This document shows, piece after piece, positions 1 to 14,214 of a DNA stretch of 64,000 bases. Source of the stretch: Isurus oxyrinchus (taxonomy: Eukaryota); NCBI GenBank assembly GCA_026770705.1, contig JANJGN010000151.1, forward strand, positions 806,001-870,000, read 5' to 3'. The notes under the pieces are model-generated. The model made no database searches and was not told the DNA's origin. It was given only the letters and a program-made list of their open reading frames with translations. A program made the translations under genes and the position numbers. Numbering within the stretch: position 1 is the stretch's first letter; every line of letters begins with the position of its first letter.

Positions 1-304
1 CACTGTCTCAGTTTCTATTGATTCAGACCCTGTATCAGCAATCAATGCAGTAGGCCCAGTCTCAGTTTATATTTGTCTCGGCCCTGTATCAATAATCTCT
101 GCACTGGACATTGTCTGAGTTTATATTAATCTTGACCCTACTTCAGTTTTCATTGCACTGGACCCTGTCTCAGATTCTATTGAACTAGACCCTGTATTAG
201 TAATGACTGCACTGGACATTGTCTGAGTTTATATTGATCAGGACCATGTATCAGTAAACACTGCACTAGAACCTGTCTCAGTTTCTATTAATCTAGCCAT
301 CTAT

Positions 305-435
305 GTTGTTTATATAAATGACAAATAACAGGGGACCCAGCACAGATCCCTGTGCTACGCCACTGGACACTGGCTTCTAGTAACTAAAGCATCCTTCTGT
401 CATCATCCTCTGTCTCCTACAACAAAGCCAATCTT
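305..435 (-). mobile_element. Short CR1 LINE RT fragment inside the satellite
   Basis: Reverse strand resembles the SGVPQGSVLGPLLF motif (AGTGGCGTAGCACAGGGATCTGTGCTGGGTCCCCTGTTATTT). Confidence 0.65.
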
Positions 436-3400
436 TGAATTATATTCTGCCCTGTCTCAGTTTTTATCAATCTAGACCCTGTATCAGTAATCACCATACT
501 AGGCCTTGTCTCAGTTTACATTAATTTAGAGCCTGCATCAGTAATCACTGCACTGTGCCCTCCGCAGTTTATATTAATCAAGACCCCGTGTCAGTAATCA
601 CTGCAGTGGATACTGCCTCAATTTATATTGAGCTAGGCCATTTATCTGACATCTCTACACTAGACCTGTCTCAAGTTATATTAATCTAGACCCTATATCT
701 GTAATCTCTGTACTTGAGGCTCTCTCAGTTTATTTTAATCTAGCCCCTGTAACATTAATCACTGCACTAGGCCCTGTCTCAGTTTTTATTAATCAAGACC
801 CTGTATCAGGATTCACTGCAGTAGAAACTGTCTCAGTTGATATTGATCTAGACCCTGTCTCAGTTTATATTGATCCTGGTCCCACATCTGTTATCTCTGC
901 ACTAGACTCTGTCTCATTTTACATTAGCCCAGTCCCTCTATCAGTTATCACTGCACTAGATCCAGTCTCAGTTTATATTAATTTAGTCACTGCAACAGTA
1001 ATCACTGCAAGAGCTCCTGTCGCAGTTATATTTATCTGGGCCCTGTATCAGTGAACACTTCACCAGGCCCTGTCTCAGTTTATGTTGGTTCAGACCCTGT
1101 ATCAGTAATTACTGCACAAGAGCCTGTCTCAGTTTATATTAATCAAGATCCTGTTTGAGTAATCATTGCACCCGACCCTGTTCTAATAATAATAATTTGT
1201 ACCCTGAACCTAAAAGCACTGCACTGGACTGTTTCTCAGTTTCAATTAATCTGGACCCTGTACCTGTAATCACTGCACTGGACCCTGTCCCATTCTTCTG
1301 CACCCAATCCTGTAACACAAATCATGGCACTCGGCCTTGTCTCAGTTTTTATCAATCTAGGCCCTGTATCAGTAATCACTGCATTAGATCCTACGTTTTT
1401 AAAACAATTTGGACCCCATATCAGCAATCACTGCACTTGAACCTCTCTGACTGTATATTAATCTCGGCCCGGTATCAGTAATCCCTGCACCATGCCCTGC
1501 CTCAGCTTTTTTTATGAATCTAGACCCTGTTTCAGTTATCCCTGAACTAGGCCCCATCTTGATATCGATATTAACCTTAGACCCTGTATCAGTAATCACT
1601 GCCCGAGTCCCTGTGCCAGTTATATTTATCTAGGCCCTGTATCAGTGAACACTGCACCAGGCCCTGTCTCAGTTTATGTTAGTTCAGACCATGGATCAGT
1701 AATTACTGTACAAGAGCCTGTCTCAGTTTATATTAATCAAGACACTGTTTCAGTAATCACTGCACTCGACCCTGTTCTGGTTATAATAATTTGCACCCTG
1801 AACCTATAATCACTGCACTTGGCCCTCTCTCAGTTTCTATTAACCTAGACCTTGTATCAGTAATCACTGCAGTAGGCCCTGCCTCAATTTATATTTATCT
1901 CGGCCCTGTATCAATAATCACTGCCCGAGTCCCTGTGCCAGTTATATTTATCTAGGCCCTGTATCAATGAACACATCACCAGGCCCTGTCTCAGTTTATG
2001 TTAGTTCAGACCCTGTTTCAGTAATCACTGCACAAAAGCCTGTCTCAGTTTATATTAATCAAGACCCTGTTTCAGTAATCACTGCACTCGTCCCTGTTCT
2101 GGTTATTATAATCTGCACCCTGAATCTATAATCACTGCACTTGCCCTCTCTCAGTTCCTGTTAACCTAGACCCTGTATCAGTAATCACTGCAGTAGGCTC
2201 TGCCTCAATTTATATTTATCTCGGACCTGTATCAGTAATCACTGCCTTGGGCATTGTCTGAGTTTATATTGATTGAGACCTGTATCAGTAATTACTGCAC
2301 AAGAACCTGTCTCAGTTTATATTAAGCTAAATCCTGTGTCTGTAATCACTGCACTAGAGCATGCCTCAGTTTTTATAAATCTAGATCCTGTATCAGTAAT
2401 CAGTGCACTTGGCATTGTCTGAGTTTATATTGATTGAGACCCTGTATCAGTAAACACTGGACTAGACCCTGTCTCAGTTTATATTAATTTAGATCCTGTA
2501 TCAGTAATGACTGCACTTGGCCCTGTCTCAGTTTATATTAATCCAGGCCCTGTATCAGTAATCGCGGCACTTGGACCTATCTCAATTTATATTGATCTGG
2601 ACACTGTATCAGTTATCAATGCACTAGACCTTGCCTCAGTTTATATTAATCTAGGCTCTGTGTCAGTAATCACTGCACTGGACATTGTCTGAGTTAATAT
2701 TGATTGAGACCATGTGTCAGTAATCACTGCACTGGGCCCTGTCTCAGTTTATATTGATCCTGATTCTGTATCGGTAAGCATCACACCAGACCATGTCTCA
2801 ATTTAGATTAATCTCGACCCTGTATCAGTAATCCCTGCACTATGCCCTGCCTCAGTTTTTATCTTTCTCAACCCTGCATCTGTAATCACTGCACTAGGCC
2901 CGGTCTCAGGTTATATTAATCTACACCCAGTGTCAATCATCAATGCATTAGACCCTCTATCAGTTCCTATTGATCTCGACTTTGCATCAGTTTTTTCTGC
3001 ACTAGGGCCTGTCTCAGTTTATATTTATCTGGACCCAGTATCAGTAATCACTGACTATGGTCTGCCTCAGTTTATAACAGCCTAGACCCTGTATCTGTAA
3101 TCACTGCACTTCGCATTGTCTCAGTTTTCACTTATCAAGACCCTGCATCAGCAATCACTGCAATGAACACTGTCTCCATATATATTGCTCTAGGCTCTGT
3201 ATCACTGCAATATGCCCTCCCTCAGTTTATATCAAATAGACCCTGTGTCAATAATTACTGCACGAGACCCTGTCACAGTTTATATTAACATAGAGCCTGC
3301 ATTTGTCATCACTGCACAATGCCCTGTCTCAGTTTATATCAATCAAGACCCTGTATCAGTAATCTCTGCACTAGGCCCTGTCTCCATTGATGTTGATCTA

Positions 3401-5609
3401 GATATTGTATCAGTAATCACTACAAAGGACACTGTCTCAGTTTATATTGATCATGATCCCATATCATTAATCATTGCACTAGCCCTTGTCCTGGCTTATA
3501 TTTATCTAGGCCCTGTCTCAGTTTATATTAATCTGTACCTTGTATCAGCAATCACTGCACTATGCCCTGCCTCAGTTTTTTTTAAATCAGTCTAGACCCT
3601 GTATCAGTAATCACTGCACTAGGCCCTATCAAAGTTTATATTAATTTAGCCCCAGCAGCAGTAATCACTGCCTGAGCCCCTGTCCCAGTTATATTTATCT
3701 GGGTCCTGTGTCAGTGAACAGTGCACCAGGCCTTGTCTCAGGTTATGTTAGTTCAGACCGTGTATCAGTGATTACTGTACAAGAGCCTGATTCAGTTTAT
3801 ATTAATCAAGGCCCTGTTTCAGTAATCACTGCACTCATCCCTGTTCTGATTATAATAATCTGAACTCTGAATCTATAATCATTGTACTTTGCCCTCTCTC
3901 AGTTTCTATTAACCTGAACCCTGCATCAGTAATCAATTCAATATGCCCTGTCTTAGTTTATATCAATCTAGACCCTAAATCAGTAATTGCTGCACTAGGC
4001 TGTGCCTCAGTTCATATTAATCTAGACCATGTATCAGTAATCACTGCACTAGACACTATCTTAGTTTTATATTTATCAAGACCTTGGATCAGTAATCACT
4101 GCACTAGACACTGTCTCATGTTATTTTAATCCAGACCCTGTGTCATTAATCACTGCACTGGACCTTATCTCAGTTTATACTGATGTACACCCTGTAACCG
4201 TAATCACTTCAATGGACACTGTCTCAGTTTATATGATCCTCATCCTGTATCATTAATCACTGCACTAGCCCCTGACCTAGTTTATATTGCTCTCCTCCCT
4301 GTATCAGTAATCACTGCACTAGGCCCTGCCTCACTTTATATCAACCTAGACCATCTATCAGTAATCACTGCACTAATCCCTGTCTCAGTTTATATTGATC
4401 TAGACCCTGAATTAGTAATCACTGCACTATGGCCTGCCTCACTTCATATTAATCTGTCCCTAAATCAGTAATCGTTGCACTAGGCCTGCCTCACTTCATA
4501 TTAATTTAGGCCATGTATCAGTAATCACTGCAATGGGCATTGCCTCAGTTTATACTGACCCTGATCCTGTATCATTAATCACTGCACTAGCCTCTGTCCT
4601 ATTTTATATTCACCTCGGCCCTGTATCAGTAATCACTGCACAATGCCCTGTCTCAGTTAACATTAATCTAGACCCTGTATCAGTAATCTCTGCACTATGC
4701 CCTGCCTCAGTTTTTATCATCTGGACCCTGTATCAGTCATCACTGCACTCAGCTCTGTCTCAGTTTATATTGATTCAGACACTGTATCAGTAATCATTGC
4801 ACTAGCCACTATCCTCATTTTTATTTATCTAGGCCCTGCATCAGTAATCACTGCACTATGCCCTGCCTCAGCTTATATCAATCCAGATCCTGTATAAGTT
4901 ACCACTTCATTTGACCCTGTCTCAGTTTATATTAGTCCACAACCTGTATCAATAATGACAGAGCTAGAAAATGCCTCAGTTTATGAGTCCAGATCCTGTA
5001 TCAGTAATCACTGCACTGGCCCAAATCCCAGTATATACTTATATAGACCCTGGATCAGTAATCACTGCACTAGCGCCTGTCTCTGTTTATATTGATCTAG
5101 ACCCTGTGTCAGTAATCACTGCACTAGACCCAGCATCAGTTTATATCAATTTAAACCCTCTATCAGTAATCACTGCACTTGGTCTGTCTCAAGTTCTATT
5201 AATCTAGACCCTGTATCAGTAATCACTGCACTCGACCCTATCTCAGTTTATATTGATCTAGGCCATGCATCATAATCAGTGCAATGGACACTGTCTCATT
5301 TTATATTAATCTAGGCTCTGTATCAGTAATCACTGCGCTATGCCATGCCTCTATTTATATCAATCCATATCCTGTATCAGTAATCACCGCACTAGAACTT
5401 AACTCAGTTTATATTAGTCCAGAGCTTTCAGTAATGACTGAACTAGGGAATGCCTCAGTTTATTTTAGTCCAGACACTGTAACAGTGATCATTGCACTAG
5501 CCCCTGTCCCAGTTTATATTTATCTGGACCCTGTATCAATGATCACTGCACAGTGCCCTGTCTCAGTTTATATCAAGTCAGAGCCTATATCAGTAATTGC
5601 AGCACTATA

Positions 5610-5950
5610 ATAAAAGCAAAAAACTGTGGATGCTGGAAATCCAAAACAAAAACAAAAATACCTGGAAGAACTCAGCAGAACAGGCAGCATCTGGGGAGAG
5701 GAGAACAGTTAACGTTTCATGTCCGCATGACTCTTCAACAGAACTAAGGAAAAATAGAAAAGGGGTGAAATATGTCTTATTAGCTTATATCCCACCATTC
5801 CCCGCCCCCTTAAACCAGCTTATATTTCACCCCTTTTCTATTTTTCCTTAGTTCTGTTGAAGAGTCATGTGGACTTGAAACGTTAACTGTGTTCCTCTCC
5901 ACAGATGCTGCCAGACCTGCTGAGATTTTCCAGGTATTTTTGTTTTTGTT
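5610..5950. mobile_element. Fold-back insertion made of two inverted Penelope-type terminal repeats
   Basis: ~5645-5773 is the reverse complement of ~5821-5950; flanked by direct repeat ATTGYAGCACTATA at 5596-5609 and 5951-5964. Confidence 0.85.
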
Positions 5951-6639
5951 ATTGTAGCACTATACTCTGTCTCAGTTTATGTTAATCAAGACCCTGTTTC
6001 AGTAATCACTCTACTGGACACTGCCTCCTTTTATATTGATCTAGACCATGGATCAGTAATCATAGCACTTGGTCCTGCCTCAGTTTATATTAGTCTAGAT
6101 CCTTTATGAGTAATCATTGCACTAGCCCCTGCATCAGTTTATATCAACCTAGACCCTGTATCGCTAATCACTGCACTGGACACTGCCTCAGTTTATATTG
6201 ATCTACACCCTGTATCAGTAATCATTGCTCTAGTCCCTGTCCTAGTTTATTTTTATCTCAGCCCTCTATGAATAATCATTGCACTATGGCTTGCCTCAAT
6301 GTATATCAACCTAGACCCTGTATCAGTAATCACTACATAGGGTATTGTCTGAATTTATATTGATCAAGATCCAGTATCAATAAACACTGGACCAGACCCT
6401 GTTCAAGTTTATATTAATCTAAATTCTGTGCCTGTAATCAGTGCACTTGAGCATATCTCAGTTCATATTAATCTAGATCCTGTATCAGTTATCACTGCAC
6501 GTGAGCCTGTCTCAGTTTACATTAATCTAGATACTGTATCAGTAAGCATTGCACTAGGCCCTGTCTCAGTTCATGATAATCTAGACCCTCCATTAGTAAT
6601 CACTGCACTAGGCACTGTCTCAGTTTATATCAATCTGGA

Positions 6640-7941
6640 TAAAAGCAAAATAGTGCGGATGCTGGAAATCTGAAAGAATAGCATAAAATGCTGGGACATC
6701 GCAGCAGGTCTGACAGCACCTGTGGTGAGAGAAGCAGAGCTAACTTTCTGAGACCGTATGACCTTCCTCAGAGTTAAAGAGAAGTCAAAATGTGATGAAA
6801 TTTGCTGTTTAAGCGGGGTGGAGCAGGTCAAGCTGGATAGAAGACAAGCAATAGGTAGGATTAAGGTGACACTGCCAAACATATCATAGGCAAACAGAAA
6901 AAGGGAGTGTTAATGGCAGTAGTAAGGCTAAAGTAGGTGCTAAAGAGTCATGAAGGTTGGAAAGCAGAATGTGTTAACAGCAGAGCCAGAATCAACAGAG
7001 TGTGAGAGAACAACTTGGGACAAGTAACTGATGGCCCTTTTGGGGGTGTTGTAGGGGTGGTAAGGGAAAAATGGTATAAAAAGGAACGTAAAAGGGGATA
7101 AAAAAAGGATAAAACAATGAATAAATGAATAAAGCTGTAAAGTTCATAGTCGAAAGATGAGTTTCTGTTCCTCCAGTTTGCGTTGGTCTTCACTGGGGCA
7201 ATGCAGCAGGTCAAAGAGGGACATGCGGGTATCAGAACAGGATGGCATGTTGAAATTGCAAGCGACAGGAAAGTCTAGGTCAGGCTTGTAGATTGACTGA
7301 AGGTGTTCCACAAAGCGGCCTGCCAGTCTGTGTTTGGTGTCCCCAATCTCGAGGACACTGCATTGGGAGCATCGAATGCAGTCGACCAAATTGATGGACG
7401 TACAATGAAGCAATGCTTCACCTGAGTGTTTAGGCCCTTGGACGGTGAGGAGGGAGGTGGTAAAGGGGCAGATGTTGCATCTTCTCTGATTGCTTGGGAA
7501 GGTGCCATGGGAAGGGATGAGGTGTTGCGGATGATGGAGGAGTGGACCAGGGTGTCTCAGAGGGAACAGTCCCTGTGGAATGCTGACAGGGGTGGGGGTG
7601 GAGTGGTGAGGGGAAGGTATGTTTGGTGGTGGCATCATGTTGGGGTTAGTGGAAAAGGCGGAGGATGATCCTTTGAATGCTGGGGTGGTGGGATGAAACG
7701 TGAGTAAAAGGAGGACCTTATCATGATTCTGGGAGAGAGGGGAATGTGTGAAAGCAGAGATGCGGGAGATGGGTCGGACATAGTTGATGGCCCTGTCAAC
7801 CACAGTGGGTGGGTAACCTTGGTTAAGGAAGAAGGAAGGCATGTCAGAAGCATCATTTTGGATAGTGGCATCATCGGAACAGATGTGAAGGAAGTGAACG
7901 AACTAAGAGAATGGAATGGCATTTTTCCAGCATTTTCTGTT
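6640..7941 (-). mobile_element. Decayed 5'-truncated Penelope-like element (GIY-YIG end plus 3' repeat)
   Basis: ORF 7144-7842 has NLVDCIRCSQC..IGDTKHRLAGRFVEH, homologous to the copy at 21483-24089; flanking TTTATATCAAYCTRGA repeat at 6624-6639 and 7942-7957. Confidence 0.85.
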
Positions 7942-8611
7942 TTTATATCAACCTAGACCCTGTATTAGTAATTACTGCACATAACACTTCCGCCGTTGGC
8001 ATTAACCTCGGCCCTGTATAAGTAATTACTACACTAGACCCTGTCTCAGTTCATATCAATCTAAAACCTGTATCAGTAATCACTGCACTAAGCCCTGTCT
8101 CAGCCTATAATAATCCAGGCCCTGTATCAGGCATCACTGCACTAGACCCTGCCTCAGCTTATGTCAATCAAGGCCCTGTTTTAATAATTCCTATACATCC
8201 TCTGTTCAATTTATTTTACGTCCTCATTTGTAACTGTAAACGTTAGATTACACTTTGCTTAAGTTATTGTTGTACAGGTGAACGTCACTGTTAATAGTAC
8301 AATGGGCCTTATCTTGTTTATTATTGCAGCCGTCCGTATCTCTACTTGTGTTGCAATTGGTCCTTTCCCAGTTATCACTGCACCTGACGCTGCTGCTGTT
8401 TATATCATGCATATCATGCGCCAGTTATTACTGCATTAGGCCGTGCTTCTGTGCACACTCCAATTAACCTTATCCAGTTTGCACTGTAGTACAACCATGT
8501 TTTAATTTATATTTCACTGCAAATTGTGTTTTGTTGTTTTATACTGAACCATGCTTCAGTTATCACTGCCCTTGACCTGCTGAACTTGTCTCACTGATGA
8601 CTGTACTGGAC

Positions 8612-9275
8612 CATACGAACACACGAGCATATGAAGAAGGAGCATGAGTAGGCCATTCAGCCCCTTGAGCTTGCTCCACCATTTAACAATATCATGGCTG
8701 AACGGATAGTAACATGAAATCTGCATCCTGCCGACCCCCGATAACTTATCACCCCCTTGCTTAGCAAGAATCTATCCACCTCAGCCTCAAGGCTCTGCTT
8801 CCACTTCCTTTTTAGGGAGCGAGTCCCAAAGACTCACAACCCTGAGAGTGAAAATATTCGCCTCATCTCTGTTTTACATGGCCGACCCCTTATTTTTAAA
8901 CAGTGACCCCTAGTTCCAGATTCTCCCATAAGAGGAAACATACTCTCCACATCCACCCTGTCAAGACCGCTCAGGATCTTATATATTTCAGTCTAGTCAC
9001 CTCTTACTCTTCTAAACCCCAGAAGATATAAGCCTAGTCTGTCCAACCATTCCTCAGTCGGCAACCCACCCATTCCAAGTGTTAATCTAATTAACCTTTT
9101 CTGAACCTCTTGCAACACATTTACATCCGTCCTTAAATAAGGTGACCAATACAGTGCACAGTACATGAAACATGATCTCACTGGTGCCCGGTATAACTGA
9201 AACATAACTTCCATATGTTTGTATTCAATTCCCCTCGCAATAACTTATAACATTCTATTAGTTTTCCCAATTACT
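8612..9275 (-). mobile_element. CR1 LINE 3' fragment
   Basis: LYRAPVRSCFMYC..WSPYLRTDV..LGFRRVRGD, the CR1 ORF2 C-terminus, followed by 3' UTR. Confidence 0.8.
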
Positions 9276-9549
9276 TACCATTTCTCATTTTATCTTTCTT
9301 TCAGCATTGTATCTGTGTATATAATGCTATCTACAGTTTAACTTATTAATGCACTGGACCATGCCTCGATATACACTACAATTGACTTTTCTCAGTTATT
9401 ACTGCACTAGACTATGTCTCTATCTCTATTACATTACATGATGCTTCGTTTATTAATGCACATAACCGTGCCTCTATATATATTGCAAGTGACAATTCCT
9501 GAGCTGTTGTTGCATTGCACAAAGTCTCCGTTTGTATTTTATTAGGATT

Positions 9550-10715
9550 TATCTGACAACCAAATTGTGGGAAAAGTTATAGCTCATGGAATAAAAGGGA
9601 CAGAAGAAATGTGGATACAAAATAAGCTGAAAAAAAGGAGGCAGGGAGTAATGGTCAATGAATGTTTTTCGGGCTGGAGGAAGGTTTGTAGTGCAGTTCC
9701 CCAGGGGTCGGTATTGGGACCCTTGTTTTTCCTGATATATATTAACCATCTAGGCCTTGGTATGCAGGGGACAATTTGAAAGTTTGCGGATGATACGAAG
9801 CTTGTGAGTGTTGCAAACTGCCAGGGGAATGGTGTGGAACTTCAAGAGGACACAGATAAGTTGGTGGTGTGGGCAGATAGATGGCAGATGAAATTCAATG
9901 TGGAGAAGTGTGAGGTGATGCATTTTGGTAAGAGGAACATGGACAGGCAAAATAAATAAGGGGTGGAGTTTTGAAAGGAGTGCAGGAGTAGAAAGACCTG
10001 CGTGTAGATATGCATAGATCATTGAAAGTGGCAGGATAGGTGGAGAGAGCAGTTAATAATGCATATAGTATCCTGCGCTCTATTAATAGGGGCATAGAGT
10101 ACACAAGCAGGGAGGTTATGCTCAATTTATATAAGGCCCTCATTAGACCTCAGCTGGAATATTGTGTACTGCCCTTTGTACCATATTATAGGAAGGATGG
10201 AAATATATTGGAGAGAGTGCTGAAGAGGTTTAGAAGAATGTTCCCAGGGATGAGAAACTTCAGTTATGAGGGGAGACTGGAGAAGTTGGGATTGTGTTTC
10301 TTGGAGAGGAGAAGGCTGAGAGGAGATTTGATTGAAGTTTTCAAAATCATGAGTGGGCTGGATAGAGTAGAATGGAAGAAACGGTTCCCATTCATAGAAG
10401 GATAAAGAACGAGAGGGCACAGGTTTAAAGTGATTTGCAAAAGAAACAAATGTGACGTGAGAATTTACTTTTTCACACAACGAGTGGTTTGGCCTGGAAT
10501 ACACTGCCTGGAAGTGTGAGGAAGGCAGGTTCAACTGAGGCATTCAAGAGGCAATTAAATGATTATTTGAATAGAAACAAAATGCAAGGGTGTGGGGAAA
10601 AGCCAGGGCAATGGCACTAGGTCAGAATGCCCATTTGGAGAGCCGATGCAGACAAGTTGGGCCGAATAGCCTCCTTCTGTACCATTAAAGTTCTGTGATT
10701 CTATGATTCTGTGAT
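9550..10715 (+). mobile_element. CR1 LINE 3' fragment (RT domain to tail)
   Basis: AVPQGSVLGPLFFLIYIN, FADDTKL, LYKALIRPQLEYC, RRLRGDLIEVFKIM; ends in TTCTRTGA repeats; contains stops and frameshifts. Confidence 0.9.
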
Positions 10716-11334
10716 ATTACTGTTTTAGGCTGCTTCATTCATCACTGTACTCTTCTATGTCTCACCTTATATTATAAAGCTCCAATCCCATTTATTAATA
10801 CACGAGACCAAGTCTCAGTTATTACTGCACGATAAAAGGTCTCTACTAACTGGATAGAGCTGGAGAGAGAGCCAGGTGGACAGGTGGGTATTAATTTTTA
10901 AAATGTTATAATATCCTGTAGGTAATAATGTGTTGGAAGAATACATTTAGTCTTGTTAATAACTATTAGGCATTGTGTGCAATTTCTAATTGCTCTAGTG
11001 TGATGTGTGTAATGTTTGTGTTGAAAGTTTGGGGTGAATCTTGTAACATTCCCTTCATCAATGAGATTGAGGAATAGAAATAAAGATGAACCACATTGCA
11101 CTGCACACTGCACAACTTAGTCACAAACTGCATTGTGTTGGAGATGATTGATTCATACTTGACTTTATCAATGACAATTGCTCACAGGTTTCTTTAATTT
11201 CCAGATATTTTTCCCTCTTTCAACAGAAATTTCTGTTCGCTGTTGGCATGGTCACTGATTGTGACAGACAGGGTCTGAAGCTGCATCCTCAGGCGAATGG
11301 GCAGCTGCAGTCTCCTAATAACCAATGTTCCTGT

Positions 11335-11369
11335 GTGTGAAAGGTGTGTGTGTGTGTGTGCATATGTGT

Positions 11370-11407
<38 letters not shown>

Positions 11408-11500
11408 GTTTGCGTGTCTGCGTGACTGAGTGTGTGCTTGTGCCTGTGCGTGTGTGTGGCTGTTTGGCTGTGTGTATGAATGTGTGCAGCTATATGTGTG
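11335..11500. repeat. (TG)n microsatellite
   Basis: Imperfect TG dinucleotide run. Confidence 0.9.
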
Positions 11501-12169
11501 GTGCGGGTACGTCTAGAACATATCATGCTTCATTGCTTTCAAAAGACATTATAATTATTTTTCAACATGTTACGATAGTTTATTGAGAATATATCTATAG
11601 GCTGCCTATGCTGCCGTTAATATTTATCGGTAATGCATTGTCTTGAGTGCTCTGGAAAGTAATGTCAAGCTGGCTATTCCTTTCTCAAGGAAAATACATC
11701 TTTAAAATGACTCACTGAACTTCTTCCCTCTCTTCCTCTGTCTCAGACTATACCTAAATCAGTTAACCTCTCTTCTCTCTCTCAGACTTCACTTCACTCA
11801 CTTACACAGACTCACAAGGGCTGGATCTGGCAGCTTGGAGGCACCAATGTTTAAATCTTTTGCTTAAGGCACATTATCACTGAAAAAATTAAGCGCCAAA
11901 ATCTCATCAGTGGAAAATTCAGTGCCATAAAGACACCAGCTCATTCACTTAACTTCTCTCCTCTCTTTCTCTCAGGCAGCACCAAGCCCTCTTAAAACTT
12001 TCCATTTTAGAATAACCCCCTGTGAGCGGTTTTATAGTTTTAATTTCCCCTCTTTTCTCCCAGTGATAACATTCAATCTCGCCTTCAGTTAATATGTTAT
12101 AACCAAAATAACTTCGTTTATTTAATTCTTTAAATCTGGAATGGAGTTGAATGTTATGCTGAGATCAGC

Positions 12170-12440
12170 AGCAATCTGTGTGGTTGTTCTTGATGCTGTC
12201 AGAGTGAGTTTAACCTCACAGGCAGGAAGACTGTTCACTGTGATAAGATGAAACTGACGCCTGCTGTTTCATTCTCAGGTAACACAACTTCCTGTTTCTC
12301 TGCTGCCGGTTCCAAACCGCACATCTCACTTCTGAGCAGAAAATAAATCCAGGGGCCACAATCTGGTGAGAACATCTGTCAAGGCGGCCTATTTCTGGCC
12401 ACAGAGTCAGGGCAGAGTCACACAGATCACATTGCGGTGA
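12170..12440. promoter_or_regulatory. Candidate lymphoid enhancer (motif cluster)
   Basis: RUNX TGTGGTT 12179-12185 and AACCGCA 12315-12321, ETS CAGGAAG 12223-12229 and ACTTCCTG 12287-12294, GATA TGATAA 12241-12246, half-CRE TGACG 12255-12259, E-box CATCTG 12373-12378. Motifs only. Confidence 0.3.
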
Positions 12441-14214
12441 CATTTACAAATGAGACCGTGTGATCTGTTTCGAGCTTCCATTTCCAGGACATCACTGGAT
12501 GGTCAGTCACTGAGCTCCCTCGAGTCCCTGAAGCGGGGAAATGAGATCTTGATACCTTTCATTTGTCGTTGTTATGCTCCACCACCCGCCCCCACTCGAA
12601 CTCCCCCATCCACACCCCACCAACCCCCCTCTCCCCCACCCGCCACACACACACACTCCCTACACATACACTTTCCCTCGAAACTTGTTTCCTCTGTTTC
12701 TCTGCAACATTCCGTCTCCCTTTTTCATTTTATGTTTCCTTCCCTTAGTTTTATTTCTATCTCTTTCTCTGTGTATCTCTCGCCACCTCCCTGTGTGTCG
12801 ATTAATTAGAAGCGTTCAAAATCATGAAAGGTTTGTTAGTGTGAATGAAGAGAGACTAGTTCAATTGGCAGGAGGGTTGGTAACCAGGGGACGCAAATTT
12901 ACTTTGTTGAACAGGAAGACAGGAGGATAATTGTTTATTTTTTTTAACACGGCGAGTTGTTCTGAACTGGAATGCACAGCTTGGAAGGGTGATGGCACCA
13001 GACTAATAATAACTTTGTAAAATGAATTCTATAAATAATTAAAGGCGTTAACAATTGAAGGATTACAGGGAATGGGGCCAATTGAAATGCTCATGTATAT
13101 CACTGTCCCAGCACCTTTCCTGTATCTACCTCGGTCCCTCATTGAGCCCAAATAAAATGCAGTAATTTTACAGCTTTCGTCTTCTGCTAACCCGGTCTTT
13201 TGACAGCGCTTGAGTGCGTGTGAGTCGATAATTGCCAAGAATCATTCAGAAGTTCACTACTATTTACAAACCACTTCTTTGAACAAAATAATAACACTGA
13301 GTAGTGCTTGTTTAGTAGAAAGCACGATTATCTTTAACATTTTAGGCTCTGATTCTTCCTCTGGTGAGGTTTTGGTGTTTAATCCTTTCAGTCATCATGT
13401 GCCTCACGCTGAAGATTTAAACATTGGCGTGTTTGGCCCTTGCGTGTCTGTGTAAATGGAGAACTGTTGGTAAGAATGAGAGGGAACAGATTATTTTCTA
13501 TTCCTCTGACAGATGCAGCATTGATCCTTCAGATATCAGAAATCTCTGGAGTCCGCCTTGATGGTCCTCCCCTTGGGTAGAACATCTTTTAGTCAGGTGG
13601 AGTCAGTCTCCCGGGCCTCTGTCATGATGTTTCCCCTCCATTTTTACCGCACAAATCCCTGGGTCACTCACCATAACACAGAAGCCTGCGCTAAGGCCCT
13701 AAACATCATTGCTTCCTCACACTTTCACACCCTAATACAGTCAGATGTTTATGAGATCCCCTGCCTCTCTTTTGTCAGATTACCAGCAGCCTTTGTTACT
13801 GACACACTGGAGCCGGCCTCTGTGGTTATTATTGGACCAGGCCCCAGTCTGGCCCGGGCCCGGCAGTCAGAATTCCCTTTGCAAATCCAAGGAGTCAGAA
13901 GTTCTTTGTTTTTTTTTGGAAAGGCGGGAAGGTCAAAGCAGCAACGATGTCCCAGGAACCCGTCCTTTGCTGGATAGAGGAACTGTCCAGAGTTTCTCTG
14001 TCTTTAATTCCTCCTCTTGAGTGTAAGGAAATAATGGATAAAAGAACAGAAAGGCTGACATATAAACTATCACTGTGAGCACTGGCCGTTATTAAGTGGT
14101 CAACTCTCTGGATTGAGGCTTCAACCCACAACTGTTTGACCCAGTGGTAAAAGTGATGCTAATTCGTCAATTCTGACACAATGTCAGTTCCCATTACATT
14201 AGTACAATGCCAAC

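Larger units (their letters stand above)
1..8200 (+). repeat. 54-bp dimeric satellite (two related 27-bp subunits), interrupted by retroelement insertions
   Basis: Consensus GACCCTGTATCAGTAATCACTGCACTA-GGCCCTGTCTCAGTTTATATTAATCTA repeated in tandem; explains the DPVSVITAL/GPVSVYINL ORFs. Decayed continuation to ~8600, 9290-9550 and 10720-10840. Confidence 0.95.

Noticed and set aside
1155-6673. Many ORFs with DPVSVITAL / GPVSVYINL repeats suggesting a repeat protein
   Set aside because: Produced by a 27-bp (9-codon) satellite unit; frequent frameshifts and stops, no splice or start context.
1-8200. Satellite as a CRISPR array, Ig switch region or cryptic RSS array
   Set aside because: No unique spacers, eukaryotic context, not AGCT- or G-rich, and the recurring CACTGCA has no nonamer at 12 or 23 nt.
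13770-14030. Possible decayed Ig-domain exon (acceptor, C..W spacing)
   Set aside because: No YxC motif or RSS; cannot be supported by eye.
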